A DNA stretch of 64,000 bases, from contig JANOQI010000062.1 of NCBI GenBank assembly GCA_031414775.1, positions 96,001 to 160,000 of the forward strand, read 5' to 3'. The notes under the pieces were generated by a model that ran no database searches, was not told the origin of the DNA, and worked only from the letters and a program-made list of their open reading frames with translations. Shown in pieces: positions 21,080 through 31,397 of the stretch. Positions within the stretch are counted from its first letter, which is position 1. Each line of letters opens with the position of its first letter. The translations under genes were made by a program, and so were the position numbers. The stretch is from Synechococcales cyanobacterium VAR_4_metabat_354 (GTDB lineage: Bacteria > Cyanobacteriota > Cyanobacteriia > Cyanobacteriales > Chamaesiphonaceae).

Positions 21080-21889
21080 ATGAACACTATCCCAGTAGCT
21101 CCCGCAATTCCCGATAATACGACTGGCCTGACCCGCGACCGCTTTGCTAGTGCTGAATATACTGACCCCCAAGCCCGCTTACCGCGTATCCAAGCCCTGC
21201 GCGGTGAAAAAGGCGAGGTCGATTGCGGCTATTTTATTACCGAAGCTGAAATGGAAAAAGCTGGCTGGTATGAAGTGAAAGCCAAAGATTTAGTTACTTA
21301 TGAGTACAACAGCGGTGGCCAAGAGAAGGGGCTGTTGATTAAATCACCGCGCATGTTAGTCGTCCAGCGCTCACCGATTTTTGCGTTCGATCGACAGATC
21401 TCCATGCAAGAAAAACGGATGATGGTGGTCGGAGCCTATTCGCGGCAGCTCCACAACGAACGGGAAAAATATGGCTTGGGTCAGTACTACGAGGTGATGT
21501 TACTGGGGTCAAATAACGAACCCCTCCACGAAACCAGCTTTGCTTATTTGGCAAAAGGTGCCAACCAAGCGAGCTTCAGTAGCAATTGGCAACAGCTAGT
21601 TAACGAAGTAACCCGTTGTCATGCGATCGCCAACCAAATTCCCGCCCGACCCAAGAATGCACTGTTTAGCAGCCTCTGCGTTTTTCAATTCACGGTGAAG
21701 CGAGAATTGGCTGGGAATAGCCTGAAATCTTATGCCTGCAAAGTTAATAGCCATGTCTCACCAACCCCAGACGACTGGGAAAGCTTCTTCCTCGGTCGCC
21801 AATCAGCCACCGCCGATCGCTTTTTGAATCTGATGGCTCCGACGACAGAATTGAGCTTGCTGCTACCAGAGCAAAGCCTCCGCGCCTAA
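21080..21889 (+). CDS. Cyanobacterial conserved protein, DUF5895-like
   Basis: DRFASAEY..P.ARLPRIQALRG...CGYFI...KAGW pattern; ATG at 21080 preceded by a ggaac RBS-like sequence. Confidence 0.6.
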   Translation: MNTIPVAPAIPDNTTGLTRDRFASAEYTDPQARLPRIQALRGEKGEVDCGYFITEAEMEKAGWYEVKAKDLVTYEYNSGGQEKGLLIKSPRMLVVQRSPIFAFDRQISMQEKRMMVVGAYSRQLHNEREKYGLGQYYEVMLLGSNNEPLHETSFAYLAKGANQASFSSNWQQLVNEVTRCHAIANQIPARPKNALFSSLCVFQFTVKRELAGNSLKSYACKVNSHVSPTPDDWESFFLGRQSATADRFLNLMAPTTELSLLLPEQSLRA

Positions 21890-21900
21890 AGCTCTAGTTT

Positions 21901-22251
21901 TTAAAGCTCCACCACATCGCCCAATAAAAGGACGGCAATTACCAGCATCAGAACAGCGGCTAATACATCCAATGTTTCTGGTGCTATTACTTTAGACAAC
22001 CACCGTCCCAATAGCACTCCGACTAAACTAGTAGCAATTAAGGCTGTGCCAGAACCCAGCAAAACGCTAAGTGGGGCGTGGGACTGAGCCGTCATCAACA
22101 GCGTCGCCAGCTGAGTTTTATCCCCCATCTCTGCCAAGAAAATTGTGATAAACGTCGATAGAAAAACGTTATTGGCATTGCCTTTGGGCTTGGTATCTAG
22201 CACTGACCCCAATGCTAACTGGTCGATATCAGATTCGGAAGAAGTTGGCAC
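21901..22251 (-). CDS. TMEM165/GDT1 (UPF0016) family single-repeat membrane protein
   Basis: FLAEMGDKTQLA motif; about three TM segments. Confidence 0.85.
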   Translation of the reverse strand: MPTSSESDIDQLALGSVLDTKPKGNANNVFLSTFITIFLAEMGDKTQLATLLMTAQSHAPLSVLLGSGTALIATSLVGVLLGRWLSKVIAPETLDVLAAVLMLVIAVLLLGDVVEL

Positions 22252-22313
22252 AAGCTATTCTCATTTTTCTCTCATTTTGTCAGTCTGACCGCCAAATATC
22301 AAGACGGCTGCTC

Positions 22314-22673
22314 TCAAGACAAGATAATTCCTACTTCTCTATTGAACTTCAGAAATTCTAAACTTTGGTCGCCATAGACATCTTCAATCTGCTGATGACA
22401 ACACTCGATCGCAAAGTCTTCTAAATCTTCTGGTTCAACCCCAAACATGTTTTGGAAGGTATCGACCTGTACCCGACAAAATTCTGGTCGATCGGCATAA
22501 ATTTTGCACTCACGATTAATCTGGTCGAAGTTAATACACCAGCCATCACTGCCGACCATCCCCAGATACCTGGTCAACTGTTCTGGAGTCAAATACTGGT
22601 CTAAATCTGGCCGACTGGCGGGGTCTAGGTTACAGCAAGCTCCGCAACCACTAATGCATTTCCACTTATCCAT
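22314..22673 (-). CDS. YkgJ family cysteine-cluster protein
   Basis: CISGCGACC...GWCINFD...CKIYADRPEFCRV. Confidence 0.85.
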   Translation of the reverse strand: MDKWKCISGCGACCNLDPASRPDLDQYLTPEQLTRYLGMVGSDGWCINFDQINRECKIYADRPEFCRVQVDTFQNMFGVEPEDLEDFAIECCHQQIEDVYGDQSLEFLKFNREVGIILS

Positions 22674-22804
22674 TTCTTATATTGCTTCAAAGCCGCACAT
22701 CGGCGAGGTTTGTAACGAATCTTAAACTATTAGTCTTCCTGATGGGTAAGATTGTATGGCAAAATGAGCAGATAAATATCTTAACTTAATATTCTGGAGA
22801 GATT

Positions 22805-22945
22805 ATGGACTTTATCAGCGGCGCGTTAGACAGTATTGGCGCTATTAATTGGGAAGTAGTAGCTCAGTTATCGATGGTTGGGTTGATTATGGTTGCTGGC
22901 CCAGTGGTAATTTTTGTCCTCGCAGCGCTACGCGGCAACATGTAG
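22805..22945 (+). CDS. psb30: Photosystem II protein Psb30/Ycf12 (absent from the ORF track, 46 aa)
   Basis: Manual translation MDFISGALDSIGAINWEVVAQLSMVGLIMVAGPVVIFVLAALRGNM. Confidence 0.92.
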   Translation: MDFISGALDSIGAINWEVVAQLSMVGLIMVAGPVVIFVLAALRGNM

Positions 22946-22972
22946 AGCTTCCTTCTTGAATAAAGCAATGAC

Positions 22973-23006
22973 AAGAGCTCTTGAGTGCAAATTTCAAGGG
23001 CTTTTT
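22973..23006 (+). terminator. Probable intrinsic terminator of psb30
   Basis: Stem aagagctcttga / tcaagggctttt ending in a T run. Confidence 0.5.
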
Positions 23007-23099
23007 GCTGTGAAATAACTTCTTTTTATAGTTGGGGGATAGAAAAATCTGCTGATTGTCCTGATAGAATCAGAAGTCTCTGCCTTTAATGATTTTGAG

Positions 23100-24161
23100 A
23101 TGGCGCGTACTGGATACACCTTACCGGTCTTTGCGGTGGCTGCTGCCCAAGCGGCGCTGCTCCATTTGCTCGATCGAACCCCCACTGCCCCCCAAGTTAT
23201 TTTAGATTTGTTGCCTGATAGCGCCACTATTGCCATTCAGCAAGTCGCTAAATTAGATTTTCATAGTGCTTTGGCCATCACGCTTAGCGATCCGGGTGAT
23301 AACCTAGACCTGACTCGTCACACCCCAATTTGGGCAAAAGTGGAGTTGGTGGAACGAGGCACGGAATCATTAATCCTGAAAGGCGGGGAAGGATTGGGTC
23401 AAGATGCCGCTGGAAATCCGGCAATTTATAGTTATGCCCACAAATTATTTGCGGCTAATTTGGTGCCGCTGATTCCGATCGATCGGACTGCCATTATCAC
23501 CATTATTCTCCCCGAAGGTCAGCAGCTGGCACAACGGACTTCTAATGCAGCCTTTGGTATCGTGGGCGGACTATCCCTGTTGGGAACCAGTGGGATTTCC
23601 AAACCGCTATCTACCGAAGAACATCTCGAAGATCTACGCCAAGCCTTGCGAATTAAAGCGCAGCAGGCGCGGCGGTTAGTTTTTTGTATTGGCAGTAACG
23701 GAATGCAAGTAGCCGATCAATCGAGGATTCCTAGCCAGCAAATTGTCCAAACAGGCAACTGGATTGGGGCTTTGCTTTTAGAGGCCGGATTACAAGGAGT
23801 AGAATCGGTGCTGCTACTAGGTTATCAAGGCAAATTAATCAAATTAGCCGGGGGGATTTTCAACACCTCTAGCCACCTAGCCGATGCCAAGCTGGAGATC
23901 ATTGCTAGTGCGGTAGTGCACACGGGTGGCGATTTGAAGACAGTCCAAAAGGTCTTAGCTGCCAAAACAGCCGATGCCGCTTACCAAATATTGTTGGCAT
24001 TAGGTGGCGACCAAGCTGTTTTTGGCTATTTGGCCAGTCAGATTAGCAGCAAAGCTCAAGCTTATGTTCAAAAATATGCTGATGTTGGTTTGCAAATAGA
24101 TACCGTATTGTTCGATCGACAGGGCAAAGTCATCACTGGCGCTCTAACGTTTGTCCCTTGA
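23100..24161 (+). CDS. cbiD: Cobalt-precorrin-5B C1-methyltransferase
   Basis: ARTGYTLPV, SDPGDNLDLT, RTSNAAFGIVGGLSLLGTSGI, GKLIKLAGGIF. Confidence 0.93.
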   Translation: MARTGYTLPVFAVAAAQAALLHLLDRTPTAPQVILDLLPDSATIAIQQVAKLDFHSALAITLSDPGDNLDLTRHTPIWAKVELVERGTESLILKGGEGLGQDAAGNPAIYSYAHKLFAANLVPLIPIDRTAIITIILPEGQQLAQRTSNAAFGIVGGLSLLGTSGISKPLSTEEHLEDLRQALRIKAQQARRLVFCIGSNGMQVADQSRIPSQQIVQTGNWIGALLLEAGLQGVESVLLLGYQGKLIKLAGGIFNTSSHLADAKLEIIASAVVHTGGDLKTVQKVLAAKTADAAYQILLALGGDQAVFGYLASQISSKAQAYVQKYADVGLQIDTVLFDRQGKVITGALTFVP

Positions 24162-24214
24162 AGTGTCGATGCCAGGCAAGTCAGTTAAGTCGATCGATCA
24201 TGACAACCTGCCTC

Positions 24215-24484
24215 TTAAAACTGTGCTCGCACTGTAAACGTATAATCCCCACCAGCTTCCAGCTGATAATCCCACTTCAATAAAAAGCGATAAAGAGCAT
24301 CCTGAATTAATGCCCGCCCCATCGATGGCTCAACTTTCAAGTTATCGCGAGTATCCCGAAACCGCCACTGAAATTGCCAAATAAATTCACCAGCATTCAC
24401 CTCACCAGCAATCATTCCTTGTTGCCAAGAATGAGACGTGACACGCACATATGCAATTGTTTCTGGCAGGCGGCGCTTGCTCAT
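24215..24484 (-). CDS. DUF3146 family protein
   Basis: LPETIAYVRVT..SWQQG...W.FQW.F...V.PSMGRALI...DYQLEAGGDY.F; ATG at 24484. Confidence 0.8.
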   Translation of the reverse strand: MSKRRLPETIAYVRVTSHSWQQGMIAGEVNAGEFIWQFQWRFRDTRDNLKVEPSMGRALIQDALYRFLLKWDYQLEAGGDYTFTVRAQF

Positions 24485-24500
24485 AAAAAATCTAGTGGGA

Positions 24501-25139
24501 TCAACGTCCAAGGTTGTGCATCTGAGTAATAATTGCTGTCCATTCTGCCGTTGCTTGATCCAATAGCGCTCTGCTACTGCTAGCTGGCGGTGGCAATGGC
24601 TCACCAATGCGAATCGTCAAAGAAGCCGATGCTGGTAATTTTTGGCCTTTCACTTCAATTTTTTCGGTACCCCACAAACTGACTGGAATCACTGGCACTT
24701 GGGCTTTGGCGGCAATGAGGGCAGCACCAGCTTGCGGGTCTTCAATTTTGCCATCAGCCGTTCTGGTGCCACCAATAAATACCCCCGCTCCCCAGCCATC
24801 GTCTAAATATTCTAGAGCTGCTTTAATGACACTGGAACCTGCTTTGCCGCGCTTCACCGGATAAGAACCATAAATTTTGATTAGGTTTTTGAGGACTGGT
24901 ATTTGAAACAGTTCTTCCTTGGCCATATAAGCCACGGGCCGTCCGATCGAACAAGATAGCAGCACCGGATCGAAATTGCTGGCATGGTTACTGACCACCA
25001 AAAAGCCGCCAGTTTTGGGGACATGTTCAGCCCCATAAATTCTGCCTTGCCAGTAGGTATGCAGCAAGGGGCTAACCACCAGCCATTTGAAGGCATGGTA
25101 CATGGTGAAATTAAACAAAGGTTCACGTTCTTTGGCCAT
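24501..25139 (-). CDS. plsC: 1-acyl-sn-glycerol-3-phosphate acyltransferase
   Basis: NHASNFD (HX4D motif), YMAKEELF, GTRT. Confidence 0.88.
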   Translation of the reverse strand: MAKEREPLFNFTMYHAFKWLVVSPLLHTYWQGRIYGAEHVPKTGGFLVVSNHASNFDPVLLSCSIGRPVAYMAKEELFQIPVLKNLIKIYGSYPVKRGKAGSSVIKAALEYLDDGWGAGVFIGGTRTADGKIEDPQAGAALIAAKAQVPVIPVSLWGTEKIEVKGQKLPASASLTIRIGEPLPPPASSSRALLDQATAEWTAIITQMHNLGR

Positions 25140-25151
25140 CTTAAACTCCTG

Positions 25152-28055
25152 CTAAAATTCTCCAGCCACGGCTCCCACACATCGATCGCACAAAATATCA
25201 TGCTCCTGATGGGTGCCCACTGTCTCGGAATAATTCCAACAGCGATCGCACTTATGACCATCGGCTTTGGTGATAGCAACTTTGATACCATGCAAGCCAG
25301 CGGTATGATATTCAGCCTGCTCGATAGTGGCCGCATCCACAAACTTCACTTGGGAAACCAAAAAGAAATAACGCAGCTCATCGACTTGATTGGTGCTGAT
25401 AGTAAATGGAGGCAAATGCTCGGGAAATGGTGCTCCATCAATACAAATCAATACCTTACTTTCTAAGCTTGACCCAATCAGCTTGTCTGTCCGGGCTTGT
25501 TCCAGCAGTTTATTGATGTCATCACGGGTATCGCGCAGCCTCCGCCAGCCTTGCGCCATTTTTTCCTGCGACCACTGGGGATCGAGCTTCACCCAGCCCG
25601 CCTGAAAAACTGACTTAAAGCCAGTATCGTAGGGCAAGTATTGCCAAATATCTTCAGCCATGTGGCAAAGCACCGGGGAAATAGCGATCGCGAGTCTTTC
25701 CAAGATAATCGCTAAAACTGTCTGGCAACTGCGGCGGCGTTGGCTATCAGTAGAACTGATATATAGCCGATCCTTGGCGATGTCTAAGTAAAAATTAGAC
25801 AGATCAACTACACAGAAATTCTGGATAGCCTGGAAGAATCGAAAGAATTGATAACTTTCAAAAGCTGCTGTCACTTCCCCAAAGACTTCGGTCACTCGAT
25901 GCAACATATAGCGATCGAGTTCCGGCAATTGGTCATAAGGGACAGCATCGGTAGCCGGGTTGAAATCATGCAAATTCCCCAACAAAAACCGCGCCGTATT
26001 CCGAATCTTGCGATAGGCATCGGACATCTGTTTGATGATGCCTTTACCAATCAGCACGTCACTGGAATAGTCCACTGATGAGACCCACAGCCGCAGCACA
26101 TCAGCACCATAAGCGGGATCGTTCTGTTGATTTTTGCCGCCATTAATCACCGCTAGCGGATCGATGACATTGCCCACCGATTTACTCATTTTGCGGCCTT
26201 TCTCATCGAGCACAAACCCGTGGGTCAGGACTGTTTGGTAGGGCGCAATCCCGTTGTTAGCTACACTGGTCAGCAAGCTGGATTGGAACCAGCCTCGGTG
26301 TTGATCGGAGCCTTCTAAGTAGAGATCGGCTGGATACTTGAGATTCGGACGTTGTTTAGCTACGGCTGCCCAAGATGAGCCGGAGTCAAACCAGACATCC
26401 ATGGTGTCGGTGCCCAGCCGATAGGTGCGGCCATTATTGCGATAACTTTCTGGCAACAATTCGGCCACCGACATGCTGTACCAAGCATCAGTGCCATGCT
26501 TGGCCACAATCTGCTGAACGTGATCGATCGTCTCCGCAGTTAGCAATGGTTCGTTGGTTTCTTCGTCATAGAACACTGGAATCGGTACGCCCCAGTTCCG
26601 TTGCCGCGAAATACACCAATCCGATCTGTCGGCCACCATGGGCCTGATCCGGTTTTTGCCCTGGGCGGGAATCCATTGCACCTGTTCGATCGCCCTCAAT
26701 GCTTCATCTCGAAAACCGGCCACCGAAGCAAACCACTGTTCAGTAGCTCGAAAAATTGTCGGCTTTTTGGTGCGCCAGTCGTAGGGATATTTGTGGCTGT
26801 AGGGTTCATGTTTGAGCAGACAACCGGCTGCTTGCAAGGCTGTAATCACCGCCTGATTGCCCTCGCTGATCTTGACCGATTGCAGCTTTCCATCTTGGTC
26901 ATAGCTCACATCATCAGCTACTTTTAGACCAACAAACTGACCAGCTTCCTCGGTAAAGCGACCAGTCCCATCAACTGGTGCCAAGATTGCTAAACCGTAG
27001 CGCTTGCCCACGATATAATCTTCTTGACCATGACCAGGGGCAGTATGCACCAAGCCAGTACCAGATTCGGTAGTGATATAGTCACCGCCAATAATTACCG
27101 GACTTTCTCGATCGAACAACGGATGCCGATAAGTCGTATGTTCTAATTCCTTTCCTTTGATGGTGGCGCGGACGGTGAGTTCACAGCCAAAGGTAGTTGC
27201 TAACTGCTCGACCATCGCCGCTGCCACAACGAGGTATTTGTGAGAGCCAGTAGTTTCGACCACGGCATAATCCAAACTAGGATTAACTGCCACTGCCAGG
27301 TTGGCCGGAATTGTCCAAGGAGTGGTCGTCCAAATCGCCACCGCTAAACCATTTTGGTAGGGCGCTAAACTAGCTGCTCCCTCTCCCAGTTTGGCTACTG
27401 GCAAAGACACAAAAATACTTTGGGAAACATGGCCTTCGGGATATTCCAATTCCGCTTCAGCTAAAGCTGTTTGGGAACTAGGACTCCAATGCACGGGTTT
27501 GAGACCCCGATAGATATAACCCTTCAGTACCATCTGGCCAAAGACCCCAATCTGCGCCGCCTCGTATTCTGGCTGCAAAGTGAGATAGGGCTTGTCCCAT
27601 TCGCCCCACACCCCCATCCGCTGAAAGCCCACTTTCTGACTTTCTACGGTGCTTTGGGCAAATTGGGCGGCCTGTTGGCGCAACGACAAAGGAGTCAGCT
27701 CTTGGCGCGCCGCTGGCTTCATGTCTTGTAAAACCTTGAGTTCGATCGGCAGACCATGGCAGTCCCAACCGGGCACGTAACGCACCTTACGACCTTGCAA
27801 AAATTGATAGCGATTGATGGTGTCTTTTAAGATTTTGTTGAGCGCATGACCAATATGCAGTGCGCCGTTAGCATAGGGCGGACCATCATGCAGCACAAAT
27901 ATCTCGCCCGGATTGGAATGCGACAGTTGCTCGAAAATTTGTTCTGCTGCCCAAAATGCCTGTAGTTCAGGCTCGCGCTTCTGGGCGTTCGCGCGCATGT
28001 CAAACTTAGTCTGGGGAAGATTAACGGTGTTTTTGTAGCTGCCTGGTGCTGTCAC
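25152..28055 (-). CDS. ileS: Isoleucine--tRNA ligase
   Basis: HDGPPYANGALHIGH, WTTTPWT, KMSKS, C-terminal zinc finger CDRCW...CDRC; GTG at 28055 is the likely start. Confidence 0.97.
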   Translation of the reverse strand: MTAPGSYKNTVNLPQTKFDMRANAQKREPELQAFWAAEQIFEQLSHSNPGEIFVLHDGPPYANGALHIGHALNKILKDTINRYQFLQGRKVRYVPGWDCHGLPIELKVLQDMKPAARQELTPLSLRQQAAQFAQSTVESQKVGFQRMGVWGEWDKPYLTLQPEYEAAQIGVFGQMVLKGYIYRGLKPVHWSPSSQTALAEAELEYPEGHVSQSIFVSLPVAKLGEGAASLAPYQNGLAVAIWTTTPWTIPANLAVAVNPSLDYAVVETTGSHKYLVVAAAMVEQLATTFGCELTVRATIKGKELEHTTYRHPLFDRESPVIIGGDYITTESGTGLVHTAPGHGQEDYIVGKRYGLAILAPVDGTGRFTEEAGQFVGLKVADDVSYDQDGKLQSVKISEGNQAVITALQAAGCLLKHEPYSHKYPYDWRTKKPTIFRATEQWFASVAGFRDEALRAIEQVQWIPAQGKNRIRPMVADRSDWCISRQRNWGVPIPVFYDEETNEPLLTAETIDHVQQIVAKHGTDAWYSMSVAELLPESYRNNGRTYRLGTDTMDVWFDSGSSWAAVAKQRPNLKYPADLYLEGSDQHRGWFQSSLLTSVANNGIAPYQTVLTHGFVLDEKGRKMSKSVGNVIDPLAVINGGKNQQNDPAYGADVLRLWVSSVDYSSDVLIGKGIIKQMSDAYRKIRNTARFLLGNLHDFNPATDAVPYDQLPELDRYMLHRVTEVFGEVTAAFESYQFFRFFQAIQNFCVVDLSNFYLDIAKDRLYISSTDSQRRRSCQTVLAIILERLAIAISPVLCHMAEDIWQYLPYDTGFKSVFQAGWVKLDPQWSQEKMAQGWRRLRDTRDDINKLLEQARTDKLIGSSLESKVLICIDGAPFPEHLPPFTISTNQVDELRYFFLVSQVKFVDAATIEQAEYHTAGLHGIKVAITKADGHKCDRCWNYSETVGTHQEHDILCDRCVGAVAGEF

Positions 28056-28238
28056 AGTCGTAGGTCCAATGTCGGCAAGATTTGTCCTGACCATTATAGG
28101 TGCTGGTGGGTGGTGGCAACTTTAGTACTTTTGTTCATTGCTCGATCGACCATTCTTCGCCACAATATTCATCACATCTTTCCCAGTAATGACTAAAGAT
28201 ATAAGTCAACAACTGCCAAGGCACACTTGTTAGAAAAA

Positions 28239-28691
28239 ATGAATAGAAAATTTAGCTGGATTATCCTGTCCAGTTTAGTAGGAGTTGCTCTAAGTTCAGC
28301 CTCCGTTCAAGCCACTCAGTTAGTAGAATGGCGCTTCAATGTTCCCAATAGTGTCATCGGTTTGACTACCGATGCGGGAGTGAAACCGATGGTTTTTTTA
28401 TTGAGCAACCCCAATCGAGTAGTTGTAGATTTACCAAAAGTTTCCAAGAAAGGACGAACAGTTCGTGCTAAATACCGAGGAGCAGTCCGCGAAATTCGCA
28501 TTTCACAGGTCGGTAAAATGACCCGAACAGTGATCGAACTAGCCCCTGGCTACGGTGTTTCTGCTCGGAATATTAAAGTAGCTAGTGACTCACCACGTAA
28601 ATGGTATATTCGCTTGCGATCGATCGAACGAGGCATTCCCCCCGGCCCTGGCGAAACAAGAGAGGCAATTAGAGTGCCCACCGGTTCATAA
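28239..28691 (+). CDS. Secreted stand-alone AMIN domain protein
   Basis: Signal peptide; W.F, LSNPNRVVVDLP, REIRISQ..TRTVIEL.PGY. Confidence 0.8.
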   Translation: MNRKFSWIILSSLVGVALSSASVQATQLVEWRFNVPNSVIGLTTDAGVKPMVFLLSNPNRVVVDLPKVSKKGRTVRAKYRGAVREIRISQVGKMTRTVIELAPGYGVSARNIKVASDSPRKWYIRLRSIERGIPPGPGETREAIRVPTGS

Positions 28692-28756
28692 CCATTGGCA
28701 ATTTGACTAATTACCTTTTCAGTGGACAATTAAACAGCATCTTTCGTTTGGGAAAC

Positions 28757-30082
28757 ATGAATAAAAAATTTAGTTGGTTGGTCTTTTTTAGTTTGATCGG
28801 CATTGTTCTTAATCCTACTGCTGCCAGAGCTAATCAGCTGGTAAGCTGGCGTTTCAATACTGAACGTAACGTCATTGGGCTAACCACAAATGCCGGAGTC
28901 ACACCAACAGTTTTTTTATTAAGTAATCCCAATCGGTTAGTCGTCGATCTGCCCAGCGTTGCCAAAAAAGGAGCAACCATCCGTACTAAGTATGGCGGAG
29001 CTATTCGCGAAATTCGGATTTCGGAGATCGATGGCAGCACCAGAGCGGTGATTGAGCTAGCACCGGGTTATGGGGTCTCATCTCGCAATATCAAGGTGGC
29101 TAGTGATTCGCCGCGCAAGTGGTATGTCCGTTTACAGTCAATCGAGAATGGTATTCCACCCAGTACTGGTGAAACACGAGAAGCAATTAGAGTTCCGACC
29201 GAAGGCTCAGTTTTGCCAACAGCAACAGCCCCTACCAGCCGTCCTGTCATTCGCACCATTCCCTCTAAAGGTCAGATTTTTGCTGCTAACATCGCCTTTG
29301 GGGAAGAACTAGCCCCCTTGCGGACTCAACTCAAAAGCCTGATGACTAAATACAAATTTCTGTCTCCAGGCATGTTTTTCATGGATGTGGAAACTGGTGA
29401 TTATGTAGATATCGACGGTGACAAAATTTTCCCAGCCGCCAGCACCATCAAACTCCCCATTTTGGTAGCCTTTTTTGAAGCTGTCGATGCTGGCCGCATT
29501 CGGCTCGATGAAACATTAGAAGTGAAAAGATCCCTAATTGCTAGTGGTTCTGGCAACTTGCAGTATTCACCCGGTGCCAAGCTCAGTGCCTTGGCCACCG
29601 CCACCAAGATGATTGTGATTAGTGATAACACCGCCACTAATATGATTGTCAGTCGCTTAGGGGGGCTGGCAGCGGTTAATCAACGCTTCCGGGAATGGGG
29701 ATTGGCCAACACGTATATGCAAAACTACTTGGGCGACTTCAAAGGCACCAATAAGACCAGTGCCATGGATCTAGTGAAGGCTTCGGCTTTGATTGCTAGA
29801 CGCCGCATCATCAGTGAGAGTAGTCGGGTCAAAGCACTGGATATTCTCAATGCTACCTCCAATCGGAAGCTACTCAAGGCTGGTCTGGGAGAAGGCGCTC
29901 ACATTGCTCACAAAACTGGGGATATTGGTTTTGTTATTGGCGATGCTGGGATTGTGGAAATGCCTTCGGGTAAGTTGTACTTAGCTGGTATTTTTGTCCG
30001 TCGTCCCTACGACGACTTACGTGCTCGGGATTTTGTCCAGAAGGTATCTCGCATTACCTATAGATATCTGGTGAATCGTTAG
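28757..30082 (+). CDS. AMIN domain + class A beta-lactamase-like serine hydrolase
   Basis: N-terminal AMIN domain; SxxK (ASTIK), SDN and HKTG motifs. Confidence 0.88.
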   Translation: MNKKFSWLVFFSLIGIVLNPTAARANQLVSWRFNTERNVIGLTTNAGVTPTVFLLSNPNRLVVDLPSVAKKGATIRTKYGGAIREIRISEIDGSTRAVIELAPGYGVSSRNIKVASDSPRKWYVRLQSIENGIPPSTGETREAIRVPTEGSVLPTATAPTSRPVIRTIPSKGQIFAANIAFGEELAPLRTQLKSLMTKYKFLSPGMFFMDVETGDYVDIDGDKIFPAASTIKLPILVAFFEAVDAGRIRLDETLEVKRSLIASGSGNLQYSPGAKLSALATATKMIVISDNTATNMIVSRLGGLAAVNQRFREWGLANTYMQNYLGDFKGTNKTSAMDLVKASALIARRRIISESSRVKALDILNATSNRKLLKAGLGEGAHIAHKTGDIGFVIGDAGIVEMPSGKLYLAGIFVRRPYDDLRARDFVQKVSRITYRYLVNR

Positions 30083-30210
30083 TAATTGACGTTAGGGTGT
30101 TCGATCGACATCAAAATCTCGGTTAATCTTCCGTTGATCATTAATGTGTGGCTAGAGCCGTAGATCCGTCTGTATAATGATTGCTAGGCATTTCAACCCG
30201 AACCAAAGCT

Positions 30211-31395
30211 ATGACCCAGTTAGAGACCAGAATTGAGCCAATGGTGCTAAACATGGGGCCGCACCACCCCTCCATGCATGGCGTATTGCGGCTGATTGTC
30301 ACCCTGGATGGGGAAGATGTCGTAGACTGCGAACCAGTCATCGGCTATTTGCATCGGGGCATGGAAAAAATTGCCGAAAGCCGTACCAATGTCATGTACG
30401 TGCCCTATGTGAGTCGTTGGGACTATGCCGCTGGCATGTTTAACGAAGCAATCACCGTCAATGCCCCAGAAAAACTGGCCAATATCCCCGTTCCAAAACG
30501 TGCCAGCTACATTCGGGTGATCATGCTAGAGCTGAACCGCATTGCCAACCACTTACTATGGCTGGGTCCATTTATGGCGGATGTCGGTGCCCAAACCCCC
30601 TTCTTTTACATTTTCCGCGAACGGGAAATGATCTACGATCTCTGGGAAGCAGCCACTGGCTATCGGATGGTCAATAATAATTATTTTCGGATTGGTGGTT
30701 TGGCAGTAGATTTACCCTACGGCTGGGTAGATAAATGTTTAGACTTTTGTGATTATTTTGATCCCAAGGTTGATGAATACGAAAAATTAATCACTAACAA
30801 CCCCATCTTCCGCAAACGGGTCGAAGGGATCGGGACGATCGGACGCGAGGAAGCGATCAACTGGGGATTATCGGGTCCCATGCTACGGGCTTCTGGGGTT
30901 AATTGGGACTTACGCAAAGTCGATCATTACGAGTGCTATGACGACTTTGAATGGGAAGTCGCCTGGGAAACGGGTGGTGATTGCCTTGCTCGCTACTTTG
31001 TCCGGATGAAAGAAATGCGCGAATCGGTCAAAATTATTCGGCAAGCGATCGCTGGTCTGCCTGGCGGTTCTTACGAAAATTTGGAAGCCAAGCGGCTGGC
31101 AGCTGGTCCTAAATCGGAGTGGGATGGCCCAGACTATCAGTATGTCAGCAAGAAAATTGCGCCTACTTTTAAGATCCCGAAAGGCGAACACTATGTCCGG
31201 CTAGAGTCTGGCAAAGGTGAAGTCGGTATTTTTATCATGGGCGAAGATCATGTCTTTCCGGGGCGCTGGAAAATCCGGGCGGCTGATTTTAACAATCTAC
31301 AAATCTTGCCCCATATCCTCAAAGGGGTAAAAATTGCTGACTTAGTAACGATTCTAGGTAGCATCGATATCATTATGGGTTCAGTCGATCGATAA
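30211..31395 (+). CDS. ndhH: NAD(P)H-quinone oxidoreductase subunit H
   Basis: [25 protein letters not shown]-terminal [10 protein letters not shown]. Confidence 0.97.
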   Translation: MTQLETRIEPMVLNMGPHHPSMHGVLRLIVTLDGEDVVDCEPVIGYLHRGMEKIAESRTNVMYVPYVSRWDYAAGMFNEAITVNAPEKLANIPVPKRASYIRVIMLELNRIANHLLWLGPFMADVGAQTPFFYIFREREMIYDLWEAATGYRMVNNNYFRIGGLAVDLPYGWVDKCLDFCDYFDPKVDEYEKLITNNPIFRKRVEGIGTIGREEAINWGLSGPMLRASGVNWDLRKVDHYECYDDFEWEVAWETGGDCLARYFVRMKEMRESVKIIRQAIAGLPGGSYENLEAKRLAAGPKSEWDGPDYQYVSKKIAPTFKIPKGEHYVRLESGKGEVGIFIMGEDHVFPGRWKIRAADFNNLQILPHILKGVKIADLVTILGSIDIIMGSVDR

Positions 31396-31397
31396 CC

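Noticed and set aside
22946..23099. Cobalamin riboswitch upstream of cbiD
   Set aside because: The region is short and AT-rich with no recognisable B12-box; the only hairpin fits a psb30 terminator
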